A stretch of 64,000 nucleotides of DNA from an uncultured Clostridia bacterium (GCA_947627185.1 CANQVF010000007.1:14846-78845); one strand, 5' to 3'; positions 19,869-30,480 are shown, counted from the stretch's first letter. The notes: generated by a model from the letters alone, not told the origin. Translations and numbers: made by a program.

Positions 19869-21539
19869 ATGAAAGAGAAAATAAAAAATAATATATTATT
19901 ACTATTTATGATGTTAATTGGAATTGGAATCTTAGCATTATTTATGCACATTATCATCAATACTTATTATTATACAGAAGTTTATTATGAGATGAAAAAT
20001 TACCATATATCTATTTTTGCACAAGGAGCTGGAAGAACGCCATGTGTTACAAAAGGTGTAAACATTACTCAAAAGTTTACTTCTAAAAATAATAGTTTAA
20101 ATCAAATAAACATTTTATTTTTGCAACCAAATGAAAGCACAAATTCCAATATTAATGTAAAAATATTTGAAGAAAAATCAAATAAAAAAATTTTTGATGG
20201 AAATGTCTTTTTAGGAAATTTAAAACCAAATTATAATTTAAAAATTACATTTGAAAACCAAAAATTTTCAAAAAATAAAGAATATCGTATTGAAATTTTA
20301 GGATTAGATGGAGAAGAAACTAATTCCATCCAATTTCCTTATGGCTATACAAATAATAATATAAGTGCCTGTCAAGTAAATGGAAAACCACAAAATAACG
20401 CTTTAGTTCTAGATACTATTTATGCTGGTATGTTAAATGCAAAAGAACAATGCATTGTATTTGGCTTATTGGCTATCTTATTAGCTATCTTAATCGTTTT
20501 ATTTGACATGCAAAAATATGTATTAGAAAAATTAGAATTAAATCCTAAAATAATGCTAAAAAACATAATTAGTAATTGGTATCTAACTATTTCTATGATA
20601 GCTTTTTATTTGTTAAATATTAGAACAAGCGAAATACAATATTCATTTTTAAGTATTTCAATTTTTGTATTTATTTTAGTAACTTCACAATTTAATTCTC
20701 TATTTAGCATAGTAAAAAAATCAAATAAATATCTTTATTTATATAGTTTCTTATCAACGCTTGGAATTTGTTTTTATTTAAATAATTTGTTTTGCAATAA
20801 TATAGAAAATTCTATATTAAGTAATTTCTTTTTAAAATATAATATACAATTTAATTATACTGTAATTGGAATTGTATTAACTCTAATTTCTTCTATTGTT
20901 ATATTTTTAGGAATTCAAGCAATAACAAAATATTTAATCAATCTATTAAAAAATGTGTTTACTGATATTTCAAAGAAAGAATGGTTTTTTTATGGAATTT
21001 TATTTCTTTTAATCGTTATCTATGTAGTATTTGTAAGTATTAACACAACAATTTCTTATGGTGTTGGAGATGCATTATATACAAGTGATTCAGATGGACT
21101 TGTACTAGGAAATGCCTACTTAAATATTTACCATTCTGAAAATGATATGAGACAACCTTTATTTGCAGTTTTCGCTATGCCATTTATTGGAATTGCTTAT
21201 TTATTTTCTTTGGTACTTCCAAATTTGGTTTTTGTAAAACCATTATGCATCAATTTGATTCAAATTGTAATGTTATTAGCAACAACTATTATTTTATCTA
21301 AATTATTAAATTTCAACGCTGTTGAAAGAGTATTATTTGTTATACTTAGTTTTTGCACCTATACTTTTCTATTATTCACCATCATGATGGAACAATATAT
21401 TGTTGCTTATTTTTGGCTAATCACTTTTATTTATTTGGTAGTTAATCAAAAACAAGATGTCCTTGCCTTATCTGCAACAAGCGGAACTTTAGTAACAGGG
21501 CTCATTCTTTCACCTTTTATAGTCAACCATTTTCATTAG
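19869..21539 (+). CDS. large polytopic membrane protein (N-terminal TM, ~170-aa extracytoplasmic domain, then many TM helices); N-terminal portion of a paralog family, ended by an in-frame TAG
   Basis: 556 aa. The in-frame downstream ORF 21594..22154 resembles the C-terminal module of the paralogs at 52583..54142 and 58034..59731. Confidence 0.6.
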   Translation: MKEKIKNNILLLFMMLIGIGILALFMHIIINTYYYTEVYYEMKNYHISIFAQGAGRTPCVTKGVNITQKFTSKNNSLNQINILFLQPNESTNSNINVKIFEEKSNKKIFDGNVFLGNLKPNYNLKITFENQKFSKNKEYRIEILGLDGEETNSIQFPYGYTNNNISACQVNGKPQNNALVLDTIYAGMLNAKEQCIVFGLLAILLAILIVLFDMQKYVLEKLELNPKIMLKNIISNWYLTISMIAFYLLNIRTSEIQYSFLSISIFVFILVTSQFNSLFSIVKKSNKYLYLYSFLSTLGICFYLNNLFCNNIENSILSNFFLKYNIQFNYTVIGIVLTLISSIVIFLGIQAITKYLINLLKNVFTDISKKEWFFYGILFLLIVIYVVFVSINTTISYGVGDALYTSDSDGLVLGNAYLNIYHSENDMRQPLFAVFAMPFIGIAYLFSLVLPNLVFVKPLCINLIQIVMLLATTIILSKLLNFNAVERVLFVILSFCTYTFLLFTIMMEQYIVAYFWLITFIYLVVNQKQDVLALSATSGTLVTGLILSPFIVNHFH

Positions 21540-21593
21540 AAAGATTATAAAGAAATCGTTTCAAAAATTACAAAATGTGTTTTAACTTTTGTT

Positions 21594-22154
21594 ATGCTTA
21601 TAATTATTTTTAATCGAATTGATATTTTAGAAGATATATTTTTCAAAGAAAGAATTTATGAATCTTTTGTTGATGAAAATATTACAATACTTGATAAAAC
21701 ACAAAAATATACACAATTTATAAAAAACTGCTATTTAGCACCAGAAACCTATGTTAAAGAAATTTCTTCAAATAAAAATTCTTTAAGAGCTGTTTCAAAT
21801 AAGTCTTTTAGTATTATAGGATGTATTATACTATTTACTGCAATTTTAGGATTTTTCTTAAATAAAAAAGAAAAAATAGCACAAATTTGTATGTATTGGA
21901 TTACTTTTGGTTTTGTTGTGTTAGCAATCATTGGTTGGGGTGTTGCAGAAGATGGATTAATGCTATATGCCTTATATTTTGGTTGGCCTTTTTTAGTATT
22001 AATCTTAAAATTAATTGATAAAATCGGAAAAAAATTAAAAATACCACATTTTAATGTAATATTTTTAACCATATTAATTTTGATTTTTATATTGTTTAAC
22101 ATACAAGGTGTAAAAGATATTATCGAATTTGGATTTAAATATTATAAATTATAA
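21594..22154 (+). CDS. membrane protein, C-terminal module of the same paralog family; same frame as 19869..21539, separated only by TAG at 21537-21539 and 18 sense codons
   Basis: IIGCIILFTAILGFFLNKK...WITFGFVVLAIIGWGVAEDGLMLYALYFGWPFLV aligns with the C-termini of the 519-aa and 565-aa paralogs. Confidence 0.5.
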   Translation: MLIIIFNRIDILEDIFFKERIYESFVDENITILDKTQKYTQFIKNCYLAPETYVKEISSNKNSLRAVSNKSFSIIGCIILFTAILGFFLNKKEKIAQICMYWITFGFVVLAIIGWGVAEDGLMLYALYFGWPFLVLILKLIDKIGKKLKIPHFNVIFLTILILIFILFNIQGVKDIIEFGFKYYKL

Positions 22155-22207
22155 TAGAACAATTTTCATAGCATTTATAATGTGCTTATAGTATATTCTT
22201 TTATATT

Positions 22208-22282
22208 TGGCTCGGGTGGTTAGATTCGAACTAACGAATGTCGGAGTCAGAGTCCGATGCCTTACCACTTGGCGACACCCGA
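22208..22282 (-). tRNA. tRNA-Gln (anticodon CUG)
   Basis: Reverse complement TCGGGTGTCGCCAAGTGGTAAGGCATCGGACTCTGACTCCGACATTCGTTAGTTCGAATCTAACCACCCGAGCCA. The D-loop GCCAAGTGGTAAGGC is Gln-typical; the anticodon loop CTCTGAC gives CTG; cloverleaf pairs check out. Confidence 0.8.
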
Positions 22283-22425
22283 ATATTATATAACTTTTAA
22301 TATTATATATCTTTATTAACAAATTTACAAGTTTATTAAAAATTTTTATCAAATTTAAAATTTATATAGACTTTTTATATTTTTTTGTATATTATATTTA
22401 TAGTGTATTATTTTAGGAGGTTCCT

Positions 22426-22740
22426 ATGTATAAAACAATAAAAATATTTCTTATATTATTCTTGATAATAGCATTATCTTTTAATTTTGTATATGCTACT
22501 TCTTCAAGTGAAACAAATTCTACTAATGAAATTTCTGAACAAGAAAATAGTGATGTAGTTAACGATACTACTGATACTCCTATGTCAACTTTATCACCAT
22601 CTTCAGTAACAAGTGTTTCTAATGTAAATAGCTATGAACAAGCTAATTTACAATTAAATAATATATTATCAATAATTTTAATTGCTATTGGAGTTTTACT
22701 AATATTATTTGCAATCGCAATTTTAATAAGATTAAAATAA
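22426..22740 (+). CDS. small secreted protein: signal peptide, S/T-rich region, C-terminal TM anchor
   Basis: 104 aa. RBS aggaggttcctATG; hydrophobic N- and C-termini. Confidence 0.5.
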   Translation: MYKTIKIFLILFLIIALSFNFVYATSSSETNSTNEISEQENSDVVNDTTDTPMSTLSPSSVTSVSNVNSYEQANLQLNNILSIILIAIGVLLILFAIAILIRLK

Positions 22741-22759
22741 ATGTTTTTATAATCGGAAA

Positions 22760-22800
22760 AATAGAGATTTGAATTATAAAATTCAAATCTCTATTTTTTT
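22760..22800. terminator. bidirectional rho-independent terminator between convergent genes
   Basis: gaaaaatagagatttgaat...attcaaatctctattttttt. Confidence 0.6.
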
Positions 22801-22821
22801 ATTAGAATCTAATTTTTTTTA

Positions 22822-23244
22822 TTAGCTGTTATTTTGTGTTGCATAATACCATATAGCTGCAATTATTATAACAGCTGCAACTGCTAAAATAATCCACATC
22901 CAAGTTGTTGTTGTCATTGCTCCATTATTGTTATTATTTGTTCCTTCACTAGCTGTTCTTGTTACATTATAATCTCCAACTACTGACTCACCATTATTAA
23001 TTTTAGTTCCCATATCTTTCATTCCATCTTTTACATCATTTTCTCCATCTTTCATCATATTAGATGAATTATCCATTATATTGCCTGAAATTATGTTTTG
23101 AAAACTATCACCTGTTTTGTCTACTGATTCCATAATTTCATTTCCTAAATTAATTGAATTACTACTTTCTTCTGCAAAACACATTCCACAACATAGAGAA
23201 AGGATAATTATAGCTAAAACACATATAATACTTTTCTTTGTCAT
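22822..23244 (-). CDS. small secreted G/N/M-rich protein with a C-terminal TM anchor
   Basis: 140 aa. Signal peptide MTKKSIICVLAIIILSLCCGMCFA and C-terminal WMWIILAVAAVIIIAAIWYY. Confidence 0.5.
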   Translation of the reverse strand: MTKKSIICVLAIIILSLCCGMCFAEESSNSINLGNEIMESVDKTGDSFQNIISGNIMDNSSNMMKDGENDVKDGMKDMGTKINNGESVVGDYNVTRTASEGTNNNNNGAMTTTTWMWIILAVAAVIIIAAIWYYATQNNS

Positions 23245-23372
23245 AATTTTTTTCCTTTCTTAAATAAAAAAGAATACTTCGCATATATTTTTTAGCGAAG
23301 TTATATGAAATTTTATTTCATATATTCTTATTATTAATCTTATAGAAAAAAATATTCTAACAAAATTTGCAT

Positions 23373-23972
23373 TTATTTTTTATTACTTATATTTATGTTT
23401 GAAATTTCTATATTTAATTCTCTTGAAATAATATTTTGGATTTTTGAAATTTGTTCTTGACTTAAACTAGAAGATTTTACCACAACATTAACTACATCAT
23501 TATTAATAAGAATTACTACATTCTCAAATCCTTTATTTTTTATTAAATTTTCCGCTATCATTATTTCATTTTTTTTGTTCGTTATATTTGTAATTTCTTG
23601 CACTGCAATTGCTTTTTGATCTTCAGGAGTTTTCTCAGATTCTATTATTTCTTTATATGTTTCAATCATTTCTGAGTACATTCTATCTCTTTCTATTTTG
23701 GTTTCTTCAAAATAATTATCATTATTTTCCATTTTTTCATTTATATTTTTTTCTTCATTTAACTCATCATTTGGTACCAATGCTATATTTGATTCATCTT
23801 CTACTGGTTCTGTATTTACAAGTTGCACATCTCCTATATTTATATCATTAGTTACTTCTGCAGAAACTTCCAGTTCTTTATTATTATCTAAATTATAATT
23901 CCAATATCCTAACATTATTAAGAAAAAAGCAAAACCTATTAAGAAAAATTGTTTAATTTTTTCTTTACTCAA
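23373..23972 (-). CDS. spoIIIAH: stage III sporulation protein AH
   Basis: Last gene of the spoIIIA operon. N-terminal TM, acidic linker and C-terminal YscJ/FliF-like region, consistent by position and size. Confidence 0.7.
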   Translation of the reverse strand: MSKEKIKQFFLIGFAFFLIMLGYWNYNLDNNKELEVSAEVTNDINIGDVQLVNTEPVEDESNIALVPNDELNEEKNINEKMENNDNYFEETKIERDRMYSEMIETYKEIIESEKTPEDQKAIAVQEITNITNKKNEIMIAENLIKNKGFENVVILINNDVVNVVVKSSSLSQEQISKIQNIISRELNIEISNINISNKK

Positions 23973-23975
23973 TTT

Positions 23976-24554
23976 TTATTCATCTCCCATCTCAAAAACT
24001 TGTATTTTATGAGTAGCAATTCCAGTAGCAGCTTCTACTGCTGATATAATATTACTTTTTATAGTAGGATTATCTGCACCTTGAGCAGTAATTATTGCAC
24101 CTTCTATAATTGGCATTGTCATTTTCTCTGTTATCACATTTGAACTAGAATCTGTAATTACTCCTTTTTCATTATTTTCTGTTTCTGTTTTTCTTTTTCC
24201 ACCAGAAGTATCTGTTTCCTCTACAGTACTTATACTAGAACTCACATTATAAATTGGTACTAAACTACTACTTTCAGAATATGTAATAAGAACAGAAACT
24301 TTACCAACACCATTAATTTTACTTAAAATATCTTCTAACTTTTCTTCTAAGTTGTCTGTTATTATTTGTTCACTTGAACGTGGAGTTGCAAGTTCTATTC
24401 CTGTTTTATTTTCATAATTTTCTTCTTTTTTTGTATCATTACTTAGTATTTTATTTATAATAATTAATGTTATTATTAAAATTATTAAAAAAGATATTAA
24501 ATTTTCTATTCTTTTTTCCTTATTTGTAAAAATTTTTTTAATTTTTTCAAACAT
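23976..24554 (-). CDS. spoIIIAG: stage III sporulation protein AG
   Basis: Position in operon; N-terminal TM; C-terminal VSVLITYSESS...IEGAIITAQGADNP region. Confidence 0.7.
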   Translation of the reverse strand: MFEKIKKIFTNKEKRIENLISFLIILIITLIIINKILSNDTKKEENYENKTGIELATPRSSEQIITDNLEEKLEDILSKINGVGKVSVLITYSESSSLVPIYNVSSSISTVEETDTSGGKRKTETENNEKGVITDSSSNVITEKMTMPIIEGAIITAQGADNPTIKSNIISAVEAATGIATHKIQVFEMGDE

Positions 24555-24602
24555 GATTATATCTCCTAAAAATATATTTACATTTCTGTTTTAAAATAGC
24601 AT

Positions 24603-25109
24603 TCAATTAATTATAATTTGCGAGTCTTCTAATATATAATTTTCTTTTATATATTCAATAACATCATTATAATTAATATCTTCTTCATCATTTCCAATAT
24701 TTATTGGCTTAATAACATTTTCATTTTCCTTTTTTTCAATATTCATTTTTATTGAATTAATATTTTCATAATTATTGTCTACATTTATTTTTAAATCATT
24801 CACAATATATCCTAAATCTTCTATTTGTTTTTTCAATTCTTCTTCTATTCCTAAAATGTAAACATCTTTTATTTCAGTATTCACATTAGAATAGTTATTT
24901 TTTTCTGTATTATCATAAAAAGATTTAAGGCTAAAATCATAATTCATTAATTTTAGTAATGGATTTATAACAACAAAAACTATATAAACTCCTATTACTA
25001 CTTTAACATATTTTTTATTATTTCCTTCTGGTACAAGTAGTTCAATAATTACAGACAGAACTATTGCAACTACTATACCTTCACACCATTGTCTGATTAT
25101 ATTTATCAT
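24603..25109 (-). CDS. spoIIIAF: stage III sporulation protein AF
   Basis: Position in operon; two N-terminal TM helices; 168 aa. Confidence 0.65.
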   Translation of the reverse strand: MINIIRQWCEGIVVAIVLSVIIELLVPEGNNKKYVKVVIGVYIVFVVINPLLKLMNYDFSLKSFYDNTEKNNYSNVNTEIKDVYILGIEEELKKQIEDLGYIVNDLKINVDNNYENINSIKMNIEKKENENVIKPINIGNDEEDINYNDVIEYIKENYILEDSQIIIN

Positions 25110-25119
25110 TTTTATATCC

Positions 25120-26196
25120 TTATCTATACATTAAAGAACTATTTGTGATTTTAAGTACGATTGTTATTCCTACAATAAACATTACTGATACAGAGATTAA
25201 AATTGCAAGTAAAATTTTATAACTATCTGCTATTTGATCTATTAATTTAATTATTTTTTCATCTGCTACAACTTCACAAAGAGCAGATGTCATTTTAAAA
25301 GATACCCATAATATTAATATTTTAATTATAGGAATTATTGTTATTCCTATTATTATTATAACTCCAATTATTCCAACAGAATTTTTTAAAACATTTCCAC
25401 ATCCAATTACACTATCTACTGTATCTCCAAGTATTTTTCCAACTACTGGAATAAAACTTGAAACAGCAGCTTTAGCTGTTTTTCCAGTTATACCATCTAC
25501 TGAACTACTTAATGTTCCTTCTATAGATAATGTGCAAGAAAATATTGTTAATATTATTCCAAGTATCCATACAATTGATGATTTTAAAAATTTAGAAAGT
25601 CTATTTATTTGAATTTTATCTGAAATATTTGAAATAATTGATATAGTTATTGCTACTAATAATAATGGTATTAAAAAATCTGCTATGAAATTTCCAATAA
25701 AATTTACCATAAAAATTAATATTGGTTGACTAATACTTGTTGTTACTAAACTTCCTGTAGTTAACATTAAAGTTATTAATAATGGAATTAATAAATTCAT
25801 AAAATTTACTATATTATTTATGCTTTCTCTTGTTAAGTTTAAAATAGTTAAAAAACTATTTATTATTATAGTTACAATTATTAAATATTGTACAAAATAA
25901 ACGATTTTACTTGAACTTGAATTTCCTAAATTTTCTATAATAGCTTTAAAAATGCTGTGTATTATAATAATAACAACAACACTAATCATTAATTTAATTG
26001 CAATTTCAATTTCTTGTAAAAAAATTTTTCCTATATTTGATATTTCAAAAACATTTCCAATATTTCCAGTTAAACTAGATGTAAATAATTCATTAATATT
26101 TAAATTTGGAAAAACATTTTCAGTGTATTTTTTCGCTGAATTTAAAAAATCATCAATTCCTAGTATTTTTGTTTGTGAATTTATCATCTCATTCAT
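25120..26196 (-). CDS. spoIIIAE: stage III sporulation protein AE
   Basis: 358-aa polytopic membrane protein at the conserved position. Confidence 0.75.
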   Translation of the reverse strand: MNEMINSQTKILGIDDFLNSAKKYTENVFPNLNINELFTSSLTGNIGNVFEISNIGKIFLQEIEIAIKLMISVVVIIIIHSIFKAIIENLGNSSSSKIVYFVQYLIIVTIIINSFLTILNLTRESINNIVNFMNLLIPLLITLMLTTGSLVTTSISQPILIFMVNFIGNFIADFLIPLLLVAITISIISNISDKIQINRLSKFLKSSIVWILGIILTIFSCTLSIEGTLSSSVDGITGKTAKAAVSSFIPVVGKILGDTVDSVIGCGNVLKNSVGIIGVIIIIGITIIPIIKILILWVSFKMTSALCEVVADEKIIKLIDQIADSYKILLAILISVSVMFIVGITIVLKITNSSLMYR

Positions 26197-26206
26197 AACT
26201 TTCTCC

Positions 26207-26593
26207 TTAAGGTAAAAGTTTTGTAAGAGTTTCTAAAGTTGTTGAAATTACAGGAATTGATAGAGAAATAACTAATATTTTACCTCCAAAATCAATTTTG
26301 TTTGCTATTGAATTTTCTCCAACATCCTTGCAAATACTAACTGCATATTCTGTGAGTATTGATATTCCTGTAATTTTTAAAAGTAATGTTATAAATAAAT
26401 TATTATAATTTGAATTGTTTGATATCTCTTTTATAAAATCAATTATCGATTTTACAGTATCTATTGAATACAAAATAATTAAAGCACCACCAATTAATAC
26501 CGCATAAATCGCATATTCTTTTTTATATTCTTTTAAAATAATTGTAATTATTAAAGTTAGAAAGCCAATTCCTATAATTTTTATTATTTCCAT
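26207..26593 (-). CDS. spoIIIAD: stage III sporulation protein AD
   Basis: 128-aa four-TM protein; position. Confidence 0.7.
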   Translation of the reverse strand: MEIIKIIGIGFLTLIITIILKEYKKEYAIYAVLIGGALIILYSIDTVKSIIDFIKEISNNSNYNNLFITLLLKITGISILTEYAVSICKDVGENSIANKIDFGGKILVISLSIPVISTTLETLTKLLP

Positions 26594-26787
26594 TATAAGT
26601 TAAACACCGTCCTAACTGTTTCAAAAAGTGAGCTTATTTCTTTTACAACTATTGTAAGAACAATTACCATTCCTGCTAAAGTTGTCATCATAGCTTGATC
26701 ATCTCTTCCAGCCTTTGTTAAAATTTGATGTAAAACTGCAACCAAAATTCCAACACCTGCAATTTTTAATAATAAATCAATATTCAT
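26593..26787 (-). CDS. spoIIIAC: stage III sporulation protein AC
   Basis: 64-aa two-TM protein; overlaps the spoIIIAD start; position. Confidence 0.7.
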   Translation of the reverse strand: MNIDLLLKIAGVGILVAVLHQILTKAGRDDQAMMTTLAGMVIVLTIVVKEISSLFETVRTVFNL

Positions 26788-26797
26788 AACAAATCTC

Positions 26798-27301
26798 CTA
26801 AATCAAAATTATGCAAATTCCAATTCCTAAAACAATTCCCATTGTTTTATATAATTTTACATTTTTATTTTTTTCATATTCTGCTTTTTCTATTTGTTTT
26901 TTTATTAAACTTTCAGTTAATAATATTTCATTAACTTGTCCTTTAATATCTGTTTTTCCCAATAATTTTCCCATCATTCTTATAATTTCTTTATCTTCTG
27001 AAGTCATAAAAGTTTTACTTTCATCAATTGCATTAGACCATGCATCATAAATATTTTCTTCTTTTTGTATAGTTTTTTTAAAAATATTATCTTCTTTTGA
27101 ATATATAACTTTTGATATATCTTCAAAAATATTCTTTAATGGTTCATAAGTAAATTCTATTTTACTTTTAAACATAACTAATGCATTTTGAAATTGATTA
27201 AGTTCAATTACTCTATTTTCATAAGTTTTAGATTTTAAAATTCCTATATATGAGGAAATAATAATTATCCCAATCAAAATTGTTCCTTTAATTAAAAACA
27301 T
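26798..27301 (-). CDS. spoIIIAB: stage III sporulation protein AB
   Basis: 167 aa; position after spoIIIAA. Confidence 0.7.
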   Translation of the reverse strand: MFLIKGTILIGIIIISSYIGILKSKTYENRVIELNQFQNALVMFKSKIEFTYEPLKNIFEDISKVIYSKEDNIFKKTIQKEENIYDAWSNAIDESKTFMTSEDKEIIRMMGKLLGKTDIKGQVNEILLTESLIKKQIEKAEYEKNKNVKLYKTMGIVLGIGICIILI

Positions 27302-27348
27302 TTTTCCTCCTATTTTTCATTTAAAACAATAAAAAGTTTTTCTAAATA

Positions 27349-28323
27349 TTATTTTTTATGAAAATCAACTTCTAAATTTGTTATTTCAAGGTCTTTATCA
27401 TTAATTTTTTCATATTGTGAATTTTTTTTATTTAATACATATATACATTTATATTCTCCTTTTTCTTTAGAATTTAAAAAAATAATTGTTTCAAATATAT
27501 GCGAATTTATTAAATTTTTTAAAACAGGATTTAAATATATATCATCAAAAGTATCTCCATGTGCTGTAAAAATTCCTTTACAACCAGAGCACATAGCATA
27601 ATTAATTGCCTCCACATCTTCAAAGTTTCCTATTTCATCAGCAACTATGACTTTTGGAGACATTGACCTTACTAACATTTTTATTCCTATATTTTTGGGA
27701 ACATTTTCTATAACATCTGTTTTTATTCCTACATTATTTTGTGGAGAACCTTTATATAAAGAAGCAATTTCTCCTCTTTCATCAACAACACCAACATTTA
27801 ATCCAATAAACTTCAATTCCTTTATTCCATTTGAAATTTGCCTAACTATATCTCTTAAAATTGTTGTTTTTCCACTTCCTGGCGGTGATACAATTAATGT
27901 ATTATATATTGTATTTGAATTTAAATTTAAAATATGTTTCAAAACTTTTTTGCTACAATCAACAATTTGTCTTGAAATTCTAAAATTTAAACTGTTTAAA
28001 TAATTTATATTTATTACTTTTCCCTCTTCAATAACACAAGAACCAGTTATTCCTATCCTATGTCCACCATTTACAGTAACAAATCCATTTGCTATTTGAT
28101 GTTGATATGAGTAAATAGAATTCTCACAAATTAATTGTAAGATATTTAAAATTTCTTCTTGAGATACATTGTATTTTATTATTTTTTCTAAATGATTAAA
28201 TTTTAAAATTATTGGTTTGTCCACTCTTATTCTAATTTCTTCTAAAAAACTTTCATTATTACTTATTTCTTGTTCTAAAATTTCTCTAATTTTATTTGGA
28301 AAAAATTTAAAAATACTATTCAT
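27349..28323 (-). CDS. spoIIIAA: stage III sporulation protein AA (secretion-ATPase-like)
   Basis: Walker A (VSPPGSGKTTILRDI) and Walker B (VIVADEIG); first gene of the 8-gene operon. Confidence 0.85.
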   Translation of the reverse strand: MNSIFKFFPNKIREILEQEISNNESFLEEIRIRVDKPIILKFNHLEKIIKYNVSQEEILNILQLICENSIYSYQHQIANGFVTVNGGHRIGITGSCVIEEGKVININYLNSLNFRISRQIVDCSKKVLKHILNLNSNTIYNTLIVSPPGSGKTTILRDIVRQISNGIKELKFIGLNVGVVDERGEIASLYKGSPQNNVGIKTDVIENVPKNIGIKMLVRSMSPKVIVADEIGNFEDVEAINYAMCSGCKGIFTAHGDTFDDIYLNPVLKNLINSHIFETIIFLNSKEKGEYKCIYVLNKKNSQYEKINDKDLEITNLEVDFHKK

Positions 28324-28509
28324 AAATGCTTCCTTTTATATACTTTATAATATATATACTCAAAAAAAATCTTTTTAGAACTATTTTATTATTTATAAAT
28401 TAATAAAATTTTTACTTTTAATAAAACAAAAAAGCAAACAATATTTATAAAGTAATTTTTATACCTTTATAATTTGTTTGCTTTTATATTTATAATTTTA
28501 TATATTAGT

Positions 28510-30480
28510 TTATAATTCTTTAAATTTTTCTTCAGGCCAACTAGAAAATTCTCTTATAGCTTTACCTAAAGAATTATTATCCCATTTTAAAGTTGCCAAA
28601 CCTAAATCTGAATTTGATATTTTTGGTAAAACTTCACTTTTAAATTTTTCTAACTCTTCTCTTCTAAAATAGATATGTATATCATCTCTATTAAATTTGT
28701 TTCTATTTTTATCAGCAATTGGCTCAAAAATTGGTTCTACTTGTGCTTCTTGCATTTTACTTAATATAGGAATAATATTTCTTGTTGCTGGAACTTTAAT
28801 ATAACATAATATATTTTGTAAATATTGATTATTTTCTCCAAAATGTTCTAAGTCTTTATATTCTCGTTCTAAAAGAGTAATTGCATCATAAACTCTTTTA
28901 TTATAATCTCGTGGTTTTCCATCATAAGGAACATATCCTATTTCTAGTTCATATACACCACTTTTTTTATGCGCTGCTGACAAATTTTGTTCAATTCTTT
29001 CATAAGGTGTGCCTTTTAATTTTTTCTGTAATCTATTTAAAACCAATGCTGAATAACTACCTAATTTTTCTGTTGTTACAAAATTATTATAAGATAATCG
29101 ATTTGGAATTGAACAATTTTCAACTGGTAAGCTAGTAATATTTTTATCGCTATTTGAAACAATAAATAAATAATTTCCATCATTATTTTCTTGTATATCT
29201 GGAAAAACTAAATAATTAATTCCTTCAGTATTAGCTTTTTCTATCATTCTAGTTAATGATATTGGATCAACAGTTTTATATACTAGTAAGTCATTTTGTA
29301 AAACTTCTTCATTAGTTAATAATCCTTTTGCTCTTGCCACTTCCTTTTGAAAATCTAACATATTTACAAATCTACTACCTGTTGCAGATAAATCATTATT
29401 TATACTATTTATTGTTGTAATAATATCATTATCTGACATATTCTTCATTTTATCTTTTTTTTCTTTGCAACTTCTCTCTTCTTCTCTTCTCTTTTCTTCT
29501 TCTAATCTTTTTTGTTCTTCTTCTTTATTTCTTCTTTCAATTAAACTAGGTCTTTTTTCTCTCATAAGATTTAAATAGCTTTTAAATTTTACAAAACTTT
29601 TTAAAAATTCAAAAGATTTGCTATTAGGGTTTTTGCTATCAAACAATTGCTTTATTGAAAAATCTTCTATCATTGTAACATCTGCCATTAAATCATTCAG
29701 TTCTTTTGCTATTCTATCTACACTATCTTGATAAAATCCCATTTTCATTTTTCTAAATAAATCTTCTGAAAGAGATAAATTATCATATTGTTTTGAAGCC
29801 TTCTCTGCATCTTCATAGAAGAATTTCGAAAACATTTTTTGTTTAGTCTCAGATAAATTTTCAAATGGATTTTCAGATACTACATTCCTATTCTCTAATA
29901 AATACATTAATTCTAACATTCTTAATCTATATTCTGATTTCATAGATATATAATTAAATTTTTGTCTTTGAACATTAGTAAGTAAAGGTTTATTTAAAAA
30001 ATCTGCATTTGAAACTTTTTCTTGAATTTTTGATATATATTTTATATATTCATCTAATTCACTTTTATTTATATCAGATTTTTCAAAAACTGCATCCATT
30101 GATTTATTTTGATTTTCTAATTCTCTTAAAGTATATTCTCCATCTGCCATCCTTTTATCTTCTTCAAATTGATTTATTAATTCTTGAAAAACTCTTTGTA
30201 CATCTGGATCATTTTCATCATTAGATTTTTCTAATAATTCTGTTAGTAAATTTATTTGTTTTTTCAAGTTTTCTCCTCTTTCAGGTAATACTTCTTTTAT
30301 ATATGTAACATCAGAATCTAATAATTGTATCTTACCATAAATGCTTCTTTTAAATTCTTGTTCTTCATTTAATGTTAAAAAGTTCATACTTTCAAAAGAA
30401 TTCTGATTATTATTACTTTTTTCATTTTTCACATCTTTAGATGAATTTGAAAGTCCTAAAAAATTTTTCCAAAATCCCAT
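28510..30480 (-). CDS. hypothetical 656-aa protein with a central K/E/R-rich coiled-coil
   Basis: No recognisable catalytic motif. Coiled-coil around EKRPSLIERRNKEEEQKRLEEEKRREEERSCKEKKDK. No signal peptide. Confidence 0.4.
   Translation of the reverse strand: MGFWKNFLGLSNSSKDVKNEKSNNNQNSFESMNFLTLNEEQEFKRSIYGKIQLLDSDVTYIKEVLPERGENLKKQINLLTELLEKSNDENDPDVQRVFQELINQFEEDKRMADGEYTLRELENQNKSMDAVFEKSDINKSELDEYIKYISKIQEKVSNADFLNKPLLTNVQRQKFNYISMKSEYRLRMLELMYLLENRNVVSENPFENLSETKQKMFSKFFYEDAEKASKQYDNLSLSEDLFRKMKMGFYQDSVDRIAKELNDLMADVTMIEDFSIKQLFDSKNPNSKSFEFLKSFVKFKSYLNLMREKRPSLIERRNKEEEQKRLEEEKRREEERSCKEKKDKMKNMSDNDIITTINSINNDLSATGSRFVNMLDFQKEVARAKGLLTNEEVLQNDLLVYKTVDPISLTRMIEKANTEGINYLVFPDIQENNDGNYLFIVSNSDKNITSLPVENCSIPNRLSYNNFVTTEKLGSYSALVLNRLQKKLKGTPYERIEQNLSAAHKKSGVYELEIGYVPYDGKPRDYNKRVYDAITLLEREYKDLEHFGENNQYLQNILCYIKVPATRNIIPILSKMQEAQVEPIFEPIADKNRNKFNRDDIHIYFRREELEKFKSEVLPKISNSDLGLATLKWDNNSLGKAIREFSSWPEEKFKEL

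Noticed and set aside
22149-22352. 67-aa minus-strand ORF
   Set aside because: It overlaps tRNA-Gln(CUG) at 22208..22282, and its translation runs through the tRNA; spurious.
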